Source: Malacoraja senta | Taxonomy: Eukaryota | Length of the DNA stretch: 64,000 nt | Direction of reading: 5' to 3' | Assembly: GCA_038087875.1 (NCBI GenBank) | Contig: JAXLNO010000051.1 | Coordinates: 62,001-126,000 of the forward strand | In this document: positions 49,901 to 61,121 of the stretch, piece by piece | Layout: each line of letters starts with the position of its first letter | How positions within the stretch are numbered: the first letter of the stretch is position 1 | Notes under the pieces: generated by a model | What the model was told of the DNA's origin: nothing | The model's database searches: none | The model's input: the letters and a program-made list of their open reading frames with translations, nothing else | Position numbers and translations under genes: made by a program

Positions 49901-51858
49901 TCAGCCCCAATAAAAACCGAAAAAAATAAACAAAAAAAATCAAAGGGAGACATAAAAAATGAAGAAAAAAAAGAATATAAAACACAACCTAAGTTCAATT
50001 TTATGTATATATGCCCTTCCAATTTATCTAACCTTAATCTAGTCTAAGCTTTACCATATATATCCACCCAGAATTCTTACACATACAAACAGGTACCAAG
50101 GGGTTAAACAAAACCTCACTACAGGATCTCTTCCAGTTATATGCTGCAACTAACTCCTACCCACACAACAACAAAAAAGGTATGTTAGTAGTGTTATAGA
50201 CGTTTTAGTGACTTAAATCATAATTATATACACTCCCATTATCTCCTTCCCCGTCTCATGATGTATTCATGATTTATTCATATTTACTACATACATTCAC
50301 AAATAATTAGTATTGTTAAATTTGTTAGTCGTTAATTATTTATAATTGGAGTATAATAATTAAAAATCTTATTAAATCAGCAGATTTTATATCCCATGTT
50401 GTTCCATGTCCATTATACATTCCCTCATTAATTCTGTGTCTTCAACGTCCTTTGTTTATCTTTAAGCTTTTCATTCAAGGTGAAATATAGACAGTACTCT
50501 CCCAAACACATTCCAGACAGATAAGCTTGCTAACTGTCAGGAAAATTCCGCCATATTAACCAGTCCTAAAAGTTAAATAGATCATTCTTCATCCACTTCA
50601 CCAGATGTTTTCTTTATGATATCCTCTGCACATTTAAAAGCTTTTTCGGGGTCTGTGAACGAGCGTACTGTGCCATTATGAGTAATCTTCATTTTAGCTG
50701 GATAAATAATTCCATATCTCACATCGCGTATCCCTTTCAGAATATTTATTGTCTGTGTAAACAAGTTCCTTCTCTGGACGACCACCGGGGGGTAATCCCG
50801 GAAAAATCGAATATTCTCCCCACGATATGTCAGATTCTCCCCATGAGTAATTTTTTTCAATACAAATTCCACTGAAGAGATATCGAGGAATTTCACAATT
50901 ATCTGTCTTGGAGGAGCATTTGCCTCTCTTGAAACACGTCCAACTCTGTGAGCGACATCTATTCTTGGTGCTCCCGGCAGTTCAAAAACATCTTTGAGTA
51001 AGTCAGTAACAAAAGTACATGTTTGAGATCCATGACCCTCTCGTCCTTCTCACTCCAACAATTCTCAAATTCTGCCTTCTCGATCTTGCTTCCAAGTCCA
51101 GACATTTATCTGTCATTTTTACGTTTTTCTTCTTCAGTTTTTTGTGATTTTTTCAAACTCTTTATTTCAGTGGCCATTACTTTCATTTCATTCTCCATCT
51201 CTTCCATTAACTCATCCAGCTTTCCCATATTATCCTTAACATCAGTGAATTTCTTATTATAGTCATTTGCGACTCTAGCACATTCTAATTTTTTATCAGC
51301 CTCCTTATGTTGTTTATTCAGCTCCTTTAACTCACCGTAAGCTGTATAAATTTTTTGAGAAATTCTCTCCATATTAGTCTCGATACTCTGCTTATTACTC
51401 TCCATATTAGACTCCATACTCTGGATCTTTTCCAGTGTAGCATTGGTTGTAGCAGACATTTCTAAAAGCATTTGCTTTACCTCCTTCTCCTTGTCTCCTT
51501 TTGCAGCCATTTCAAGCAGAGATCCTTGGCTGTCGAATTCTTCTTCTTCTGAGCCTTGTGAGCCTTCTGTCGTTTGCAGAGTATCCAAGACTTTCTCGAG
51601 TTGGAGACTTATGGTGTTCTTCTTGGGTGCTCGTGAGCCTTTTTCTCTTCTCATTTAAAATTCCCGATTTTTAGCGTTAAACTCCCGTTTTTCGCGTCGC
51701 CTTCTGATGACGTCACCCTTACGCAACGCCAAGCAGCTCCGGTCAGTTTTTTAAATCGGTAATGATTTAGAAAACAGCTTTTTAACGTTTTTTAACAGTT
51801 GTTGCCGGAGAGGAGCTCAATGTGACGCTTTCAGTGCTCCATAGCGCCATCGGAAGTC
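46933..51858 (-). mobile_element. L1-clade LINE with an intact 5' end and a ~1.5-kb internal ORF2 deletion
   Basis: 5' GGACTTCCG..; ORF1 50582-51654 (frameshifted); EN start CSWNIRG..FLQETH fused to SLDAEKAFDQV near 49275. Candidate TSD CGAACTCGAACTCGA at 46918-46932 and 51859-51873, within repetitive flanks. Confidence 0.92.
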
Positions 51859-51930
51859 CGAACTCGAACTCGAGCGCAAACTCGAAATTGAACTAGAACT
51901 CGAACTCTATCTCGAACTCAAATTCGAACT

Positions 51931-52001
<71 letters not shown>

Positions 52002-55000
52002 ACTCGATCTCGAACACGATCTCGAACTCGTACTCGAACTTGAAGTCGAACAAAATCTCGAGCTCGAACTCTATCTCGAACGAGAACTCTATCTCGAACT
52101 CCAACTCCAATTCCAATTCGAACGAACTCGATCTCGAACTCTTTCAGGAACACGATCTCGACCTCGAACACTATCTCGAACTCTAACTCTCCAGAACTAT
52201 ATGTCGAAATCACTCCCCAACTCGAACTCCAACTCTATCTCGAACACGATCTCGAACTCGAACTATGACGAACTCTCAATCGAACGCGAACACGAACTGG
52301 AATTCGAACTCGAACTCGAACTCTATCTCGAACTCTCTCTCGAACTCGAACTCGAACTCGAACGCGAACCAACTCCAACTCGAAATTGAACTCGAACTCT
52401 TTCACGAACTCTATCTCGAATTCGAAATCGAACTCGAACTCAAACGCGAATTCTAACTCGAACTATCTCGAACTCGATCTCGAACTCGTACTCGAATGCG
52501 AACCCGAACTATAACTCGAACTCGATCTCTAACTCGAACTATCTCGAAGTCGAACTCTATTTTGAACTCGAACTCGAACTCTCTCGAACGCGAATTCTAT
52601 CTCGATTTCGAGGTTGATTTCTACTTGCGGGCGGAGCACCAAGGCAAATTCCTTGTTTGTGAATACTTGGCCAATAAACTTATTCATTCATTCATTCATT
52701 CAACTCGAACTCGAGCTCGATCTTGAACTCGAACTCGAATTCTATATCGAACACGATCTCGATCTCGAACTCGAATTCGAACTCTATCTCGAATTCGAAC
52801 TCGAACTCTATCTTGAACTCTATCTCGAACTCTATCTCGAACTCGAACTCGAATTCGAACTCGAACTCTATCTCGAACTCTATCTCGAACTCTCTCGAAC
52901 GCGAACTCGATCTCAAACTATCTCAAACTCGATCTCGAACTCGAACTTTATCTTGAAATCGAACTCGAACTCTATCTTGAACTCGAACTATCTCCAGCTA
53001 AAACTCAAATCCGAACTCGAACTATCTCGACATCGAACTTTATCTCGAACTCGAACTCTAATTCGATCTCGAACCCGAGTTGGATTTCGACTTACGGGCG
53101 GAGCACCAATGCAAACACCTAGTATGTGAATACTTTGCCAATAAACTTATTCATTCATTCATTCATTCATTTAACACGAACTCGAGCTCAAACTTGAACT
53201 CGAACTCGAACTCGAACTCTATCACGAACTCTATCTCGAACTCGAACTCTATCTCCATCTCGAACTCGATCTCAAACTCGAGTTCGAGTTCGACTTGCGG
53301 GCGGAGCATCAAGGCAAATTCCTTGTATGTGAATACATGGCCAATAAACTTATTCATTCATACCTTCATTCATTCATTCAGTCAACTCGAATCGAACTCG
53401 ATCTCGAACTCGTACTCTATCTCGAACTCGAACTCTTATCTCGAACTATCCCGAACTATCTCGAACGCGAACTCGAACTCTATCTTGAATTCGAACTCTA
53501 TCTCCGGCTAAAACTCGAATTCGAACAAAATATCTCGGCCTCGAACTCTATCTGGAACTCGAAGTCTATCTCGAACTCGAACTCTATCTCCATCTCGAAC
53601 TCGATCTCAAACTCGAGTTGGAGTTCGAGTTACCGGCGGAGCACCAAGGCAAATTCCTTGTATGTGAATAGTTGGCCAATAAACGTATTCATTCGTTCAT
53701 ACATTCATTTAACTCGAACTCCAACTCGAACTCCAACTCCAACTTGAACTCGACCTCTATCTCGAACTCGCTCTCTCTCTCTCTCTCTAACTAAAACTCG
53801 AACTCGTACTCTATCTCGAACTCGAAATCGAAATATCTCGAACTCTCTCTCAAACTTGAACTCTATCTCGAACTCTATCTCGAACTATCTCAAACGCGCT
53901 CGATCTCAAACTCGATCTCGTTCTCGAACTCGAACTCTATCTTGAACTCGAACTCAAATTCTGTCTTGAACTCGAACTCTATCTCTAGCTAAAACTCGAA
54001 TTCGAATTCGAACTATCCCGACCTCGAACTTTATCTCGAACTCGAAATCTATCTCGAACTCGAACTCGAAATCTATCTCGAACTCGAGTTGGATTTCGAC
54101 TTACGGGCGGAGCACCAAGGCAAATTCCTTGTTTGTGAATACTTGGCCAATAAATTTATTCATTCATTCATTCATTCATTCATTCAACTCGAACTCTCTC
54201 GAACTAAAACTCGAACTCGAACTCGTACTCTATCTCGAACTCGAACTCTTATCTCGAACTCGAACTCTATCTCGAACTCTATCTCGAACTATCTTGAACG
54301 CAAACTCAATCTCGAACTCGAACTCGAACACTATCTTGATCTCGATCTCTATCTCGATCTCGAACTCTATCTCGAACTCGAACTCTATCTCGAACTTGAA
54401 CTATCTCGAACTCGAACTATCTCGAACTCGAAATTTATTTCGAAATCTATCTCGAAGTCGAACTCTATCTCGAACTCGAAATTTATCTCGAAATCTATCT
54501 CGAACTCGAACTCTATCTCGAACTCGAAATTTATCTCGAAATCTATCTCGAATTCGAACTCTAGCTCGAACTCGAAATTTATCTCGAAATCTATCTCGAA
54601 CTCTCTCGATCTCGAACTCGATCTCGATATCTATCTCGATCTCGAACCCTATCTCGAACTCGAACTCTATCTCGAACTCGTGTTCGGGTTCGACTTTCGG
54701 GCGGAGCACCAAGGCAACAATCTTGGCCAATAAACTTGGTGAATACTTAGTCAATAAACTTATACATTCTTTCATTCATTCAACTCGAACTCGAGCTCGA
54801 ACGAACTCGAACTCGAATTCTATCTGGAACTCTAACTCGAATTCGAACTCGAACTATATCTCGAACTCTCTCTCTAACTAAAACTCGAACTCGAACTCGT
54901 AGTCTATCTCGAACTCGAACTCTTATCTCGAACTCGAACTCGAACTATCTCGAAATCTCTCGAACTCGAACTCTATCTCGAACTATCTCGAATACGAACT

Positions 55001-58000
55001 CTATCTCGAACTCGATCTCGATCTCGAACTCGAATTCGAACTTGAACTCGAACTCTATCTTGAACTCGAACTCTATCTCTAGTTCGAACTCTTTCTCGCT
55101 CGAACTCGAACTCAATCTCGAACTTGAACTCTATCTCGAACTCGAACTCTCTCTCGAACTCGAAATCTATCTCGAAATATATCTCGAACTCTCTCTCGAA
55201 CTCTCTCTCGAACTCTATCTCTCTCTCTCTAACTAAATCTCGAACTCGAACTCGTACTCTATCTCGAACTCGAACTATCTCGTACTCGAACACTTATCTC
55301 GAACCCGAAATATCTCTCTCTCTCTCTCGAACTTGAACTCTATCTCGAACTCTATCTCGAAATATCTCGAACGCGAACTCGATCTCAAACTCGATCTCGA
55401 TCTCGAACTCGAACTTTATCTTGAACTCAAACTCGAACTATCTTGAACTCGAACTCTATATGGAACTCTCTCGCTAACTCGATCTCGATCTCTATCTCGA
55501 TCTCGAACTCTATCTCGAAGTCTAACTCAATCTCGAACTCGAGCTCTATTTCGAACTCGAAATTTATCTCGAAATCTATCTCGAACTCGAACTCGACCTC
55601 GATCTCGATCTCAATCTCGAACCTTACCTCGAACTCGAAATATCGCGAACTCGAGTTCGGGTTCGACTTTCGGGCGGAGAACCAAGGCATAAATCTTGCC
55701 CAATATACTTGGTGAATACTTAGTCAATAAACTTATACATTCTTTCATTCATGCAACTCGAACTCGAGCTCGAACGAACTCGAACTCGAATTCTATCTCG
55801 AACTCTCTCGAATTCGAACTCGAACTATATCTCGAACTCTCTCTCTAACTAAAACTCGAACTCGAACTCGTAGTCTATCTCGAACTCGAACTCTTATCTC
55901 GAACTCGAACTCGAACTATCTCGAAATCTCTCTCGAACTCAAACTCTATCTCGAACTATCTCGAATAAGAACTCTATCTCGAACTCAATCTCGATCTCGA
56001 ACTCGAATTCGAACTTGAACTCGAACTCTATCTTGAACTCGAACTCTATCTCTAGTTCGAACTCTTTCTCGCTCGAACTCGAACTCAATCTCGAACTCGA
56101 ACTCTATCTCGAACTCGAACTCTCTCTCGAACTCGAAATCTATCTCGAAATATATCTCGAACTCTCACTCAAACTCTCTCGAACTATCTCTCTCTAACTA
56201 AATCTCGAACTCGAACTCGTACTCTATTTCGAACTCGAACTATCTCGTACTCGAACACTTATCTCGAACCCGAAATATCTCGAACTCTCTCTCGAACTTG
56301 AACTCTATCTCGAACTCTATCTCGAAATATCTCGAACGCGAACTCGATCTCAAACTCGATCTCGATCTCGAACTCGAACTTTATCTTGAACTCGAACTCG
56401 AAATCTATCTTGAACTCGAACTCTATTTCTAGCTAAAACTCGAATTTGAACTCGAACTCTATCTCAAACTCTATCTCGAACTATCTCGAAAGCGAACTCG
56501 AACTCGAACTCGAACTCTATCTTGAACTCAAACTCGAACTATCTTGAACTCGAACTCTATATGGAACTCTCTCGCTAACTCGAACTCGATCTCGAACTAT
56601 CTCGAAGTCGAACTCAATATCGAACTCGAGCTCTATTTCATACTCGCAATTTATCTCGAAATCTATCTCGAACTCTCTCGAACTCGAACTCGACCTCGAT
56701 CTCGATCTCAATCTCGAACCCTATCTCGAACTCGAACTATCGCGAACACGAGTTCCGGTTCTGCTTTCGGGCGGAGAACCAAGGCATAAATCTTGCCCAA
56801 TAAACTTGGTGAATACTTAGTCAATAAACTTATACAATCTTTCATTCATTTAATTCGAACTCGAGCTCGAACGAACTCGAACTCGAATTCTATCTCGAAC
56901 TCGAACTCGAATTCTATCCCGAACTCGAACTCGAATTCGAACTCGAACTCTATCTCGATCTCTCTCTCTAACCAAAACGCGAACTCGACCTCGTACTATA
57001 TCTCGAACTCGAACTCTGATCTCGAACTCGAACTATCTCGAACTCAATCTCTATCTCGATCTATCTCGAACGCGAACTCGATCTAAAACTCGATCTCGAA
57101 CTGGAACTCTATCTTGAACACGAACTCCATCTTGAACTCCAGCTAAAACTCGAATTCAAACTTGAACTCTATCTCGACCTTGAACTCTATCTCGAACTCG
57201 AAATCTATCTCGAACTCGAATTCGATCTCGAACTCGAGTTGGATTTCGACTTACGGGCGGAGCACCAAGGCAAACTCCTTGTATGTGAATACTTGGCCAA
57301 TAAACGTATTCATTCATACCTTCATTCATTCATTCAGTCAACTCGAATCGAACTCGATCTCGAACTCGTACTCTATCTCGAACTTGAACTCGAACTCAAA
57401 CGAATTTGAACTTGAACTCGAACTTTATCTTGAACTCGAACCAACTCCAACTCGAACATGAACTCGAACTCTAACTCTAATTCTATCACGACTCGAACTC
57501 TATCTCTATCGACTTGCGGGCGGAGCAGCAAGACAAACTCTTTGTATGTGAATACATGGCCAATAAACATGCATTCATTCATTCATTCATTTATCTCGAA
57601 CTCTCTCGAACTCTATCTTGAACTCGTACTCGAACTCGAGCTCGAATTGTATCTCGTACTCGAACTCTATCTCGAACTCGAACGCGAACTCCAACTCCAA
57701 CTCCAAATCGAACTTGAACTCGAACTGTATCTCGAATTTTATCACGAACTCTATATCTATCTCGAACTCTTTCGCGAACTCGAATACGAACTCGAACTCG
57801 AACTCTATCTCGAACTCGAACTATCTAGAACTCAAACGCGAACACGAACTCATTTTCTATCTCGAACTCGAGTTGGAGTTTGACTTACCGGCGGAGCACC
57901 AAGGTAAATTCCTTGTATGCGAATACTTGGCCAGTAAACTTATTCATTCATTCATTCATTCATTCAACTCTAACTCGAGCTCGAACTTGAACTCGAACCC

Positions 58001-58500
58001 TAACACTATCTCGAACTCGAACTCTATCACAAACTTTATCTCGGACTCGAAATCTATCTCGAATTCGAAGTCTATCTCGACATCTCTCTAGAACTCGAAC
58101 TCTATCTCGAACTCGAACTCGAATTCGAATTCGAACTCTAACGCTATCTCGAACTCTCTCCCAAACTCGAACTCGATCTCGAACTCCAACTCCAACTCCA
58201 ACTCCAACTTAAACTCGAACTCTAACACGAACTCTATCACGAACTCCATCTCGAACTCGAAAACTATCTATCTCGAACTCGAGTTGGAGTTCAAGTTACG
58301 GGCGGAGCACCAAGGCAAATTCCTTGTATGTGAATACTTGGCCAATAAACGTATTCATTCATTCATTCATTCATTCATTCATTCATTCATTCATTTAACT
58401 CGAACTCGAGCTCGAACTTGAACTCTAACTCGAACTATCTCGAACTCGAATTCTATCTCGACCCTCAAATCTATCTCGAACTCGAACTCCAACTTCAACT

Positions 58501-59051
58501 TGGATTTACGAAGGGGAAATCATGCTTGATTAATCTACTGGAATTTTTTGAAGATGTAACTAGGAAAATGGACAAGGGAGAGCCCGTGGATGTAGTGTAC
58601 CTGGACTTTCAGAAATCATTTGATAAGGTCCCACATAGGAGATTAGTGGGCAGAATTAGGGCACATGGTATTGGGGGTAGAATGCTGACATGGATAGAGA
58701 AGTGGTTGGCAAACAGGAAACAAAGAATAAGGATTAACGGGTCCCTTTCAGAATGGCAGGCAGTGACTAGTGGGGTACCGAAAGGCTCGGTGCAGCGACC
58801 TCAGCTATTTATAATATACATCAATGATTTGGATGAAGGGATTCAAAGTAACATTAGACAATTTGCAGATAACACAAAGCTGGGTGGCAGTGTGAACTGG
58901 GAGAAGGATGCTATGAGAATACAGGGTGACTTGGACAGGTTGGGGAGTGGGCAGATGCATGGCAGATGAAGTTCAATTCGGATAAATGTGAGGTTATCCA
59001 CTTTGGTAGCAAAAACAGGAAGGCAGATTTCTATCGAAATAGGGTCAAGTT
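58501..59051 (+). mobile_element. CR1 RT fragment, duplicate of the 45442 copy, interrupted by L1
   Basis: Same 5' junction (caact|tggatttacgaagggg) and shared variants with the 45442 copy. Confidence 0.92.
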
Positions 59052-59253
59052 GACTTCCGGTGGCGTCATGTTAGACTAACAGACGTGCACCCAGCTCCTC
59101 TCCCGAAAAACTTCACGATTTATCGTGTAAAACGGGTCCGAAAATCGGGATTGTTTTTAAAAACCTTACCGGAGCTTCTGGTTACCGCGCTGATGACGTC
59201 ATCGTTAAACGCGATGTTTTAAACGGTGGTTTGAAGCCCTTTAAACGAGTAAA

Positions 59254-60315
59254 TTGACTCCAGCTGTGAGCCCTCAGAGAGCTGTGAATAAGCTGTCGAA
59301 AAAGTTCGAAACAGAAGTCACCTCTGAAGTCTCTGAAGTGGCTGCAGAAATGGATACAAGATCTAAGAAAGACTTTGATGACTTGAAGAAATCAATGAAA
59401 AATTTGAAAGATGAGATCTCGGATAATAGGGTGGAAGATAAGAAGGAAATGAAGGAAAATTCGGCAAAAATGATGGAAGGAATGGAGAAGATGATGAAGG
59501 ATTTAAACGCTGGTAACCAGAAGAATATGACGGATTTACTGGACATTATGAATAAACGAATTGATGAGGTGAAAGATGGACTATCAGAGAAAATGGATAA
59601 GATGGATGTAATTACTACGGATAAGTTCACGGCTGTACTTGAAACAGTAGCTGCAAGTATGCACACAATTACGGAATTGGAGAAAAATACGGCTCGACTG
59701 GTTGAAGACATGGCGAAATTGAGGCAAGAACATGAGCAAATGAGGCGAGAAAACGAACAAGCATCACTACAAATGGGGACTCAATTAGAGAAAGTCTCAT
59801 TCAAATGCCTGGACCTGGAAGCTCGCTCTAGACGCCAGAATTTGAGAATTCTTGGTGTTTCAGAGGGGGCAGAAGGGGAACAGGTACGTGAATTTGCCAT
59901 GGGCTTGTTGAAACAACTGTTGAATCTTTCCAAGGAACCGAAAATCGAAGTGGCTCATCGTGTCCCAAGATTTGGAAAAAGATCTGATGCGGGAAAAGCT
60001 TATCCACGACATATTATAGTGAAATTTCGAGATACTGCAGAACTGGAATACGTTATGAGTAAAATCAAATATGGTGTACAATTACGGCTGGACAAGGACA
60101 CTATTAAGATATTCAGGGACTACCCACATGAAATTGTGCAAAAAAGAAACAAATTTGATAAGGTTAAAGATCTTTTAAGAGGGAGAGAAGGGGTCAGATT
60201 TTGGGTTTTTTATCCCGCGAAAATGCGTATTTCCTTTAATGGTCTTGAAAAGTCATTTGTTAAGCCTGAAGACGCTTTCAAATATGCCCAAACGATTGTT
60301 GAAAAACAGAAATAA
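59254..60315 (+). CDS. L1 ORF1p (coiled coil, RRM, CTD)
   Basis: Open frame with LEARSRRQNLRILGVSEG, AHRV, PRHIIVKF, IFRDYP and YPAKMRI. The first in-frame ATG is at 59350. Confidence 0.9.
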   Translation: MTPAVSPQRAVNKLSKKFETEVTSEVSEVAAEMDTRSKKDFDDLKKSMKNLKDEISDNRVEDKKEMKENSAKMMEGMEKMMKDLNAGNQKNMTDLLDIMNKRIDEVKDGLSEKMDKMDVITTDKFTAVLETVAASMHTITELEKNTARLVEDMAKLRQEHEQMRRENEQASLQMGTQLEKVSFKCLDLEARSRRQNLRILGVSEGAEGEQVREFAMGLLKQLLNLSKEPKIEVAHRVPRFGKRSDAGKAYPRHIIVKFRDTAELEYVMSKIKYGVQLRLDKDTIKIFRDYPHEIVQKRNKFDKVKDLLRGREGVRFWVFYPAKMRISFNGLEKSFVKPEDAFKYAQTIVEKQK

Positions 60316-61121
60316 AAGGGAGCTTTGGCAGATCCGAATAATTCTCAGCTATGTTTTGTCTGGGGATAGTTACACTGTTATCTCTGGAATGTTGAAGCAA
60401 GGACATTTTCTGTACAAAACGTGTAAACAACTTTATAGCTGGAATATGAATTAGAAAATAATTGCTTATTGATTAAAATGTTATAACCAATTGTAAGAAC
60501 TTATCCTATTAACAACTTTAAAAGTTATGCAGGTTAGATTAGAATACTAACAAAAAAAACAAAAAAATAATGAACTAACATACTAATATGAATTTTTAAT
60601 AAATTGTAACCTTGTCTATAAGCGGGAGGAGGGGATGAGAAACGAGCTCCTGGCTTATGTCCAGGAGCACGTCTCGTTAACCCCTTCAACCAACAGCTGA
60701 TTCTTATTGAAATCAAAAATATTGGTTTAATAATTAAACTCTGATATATATATATGTTATAAGGAAATATCAGGGTAAAATTGTATTATATATCTGAATG
60801 TGAGGCCTCGTTTTAATATTTTAATATGTTATGATTAACTAAGAGAGCGGAGCGAGTTGAGCAACAACGCAATGGAAGTCAAAATAAGGTTTTTTCCCAC
60901 CTACAGGTGGGTCACTCGCTACAGTGCCGACTATAGACACTGTAGCCTCACTTTTTTAGTTTTTTTTTTATCACATAAAATCACTTGTTTGTGTTTTGTG
61001 TTTAGTGATAAGAATAATATGGACATACCAACAAAAGTTAATAATTCAAAAACTCCCCCAATACCTAAAGACCTGGGATATGGACGCACCACAAGATTCA
61101 AAGGTACTATAATTATTCAAA

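Larger units (their letters stand above)
33225..58500 (+). repeat. Composite satellite: (GAACTC/TATCTC)n tracts punctuated by ~33 conserved GGCGGAGCACCAAGGCAAATTCCTTGTATGTGAATACTTGGCCAATAAA-(ATTC)n modules
   Basis: Modules at e.g. 33311, 33525, 35300, 36414, 37229, 38471, 38730, 40820, 40991, 41563, 42081, 43110, 45033, 46690, 52628, 53095, 54104, 57254 and 58300, all on the same strand. Confidence 0.95.

Noticed and set aside
33225..58500. CRISPR-like look (conserved ~50-bp hairpin repeat with variable spacers)
   Set aside because: The spacers are 0.1-1 kb low-complexity hexamer tracts rather than unique ~30-40-bp sequences, there are no cas genes, and the context is vertebrate.
33283..58500. 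Many SN-, EL- and RT-rich ORFs
   Set aside because: They are translations of GAACTC/TATCTC hexamers, open in several frames on both strands, with no splice or domain evidence.
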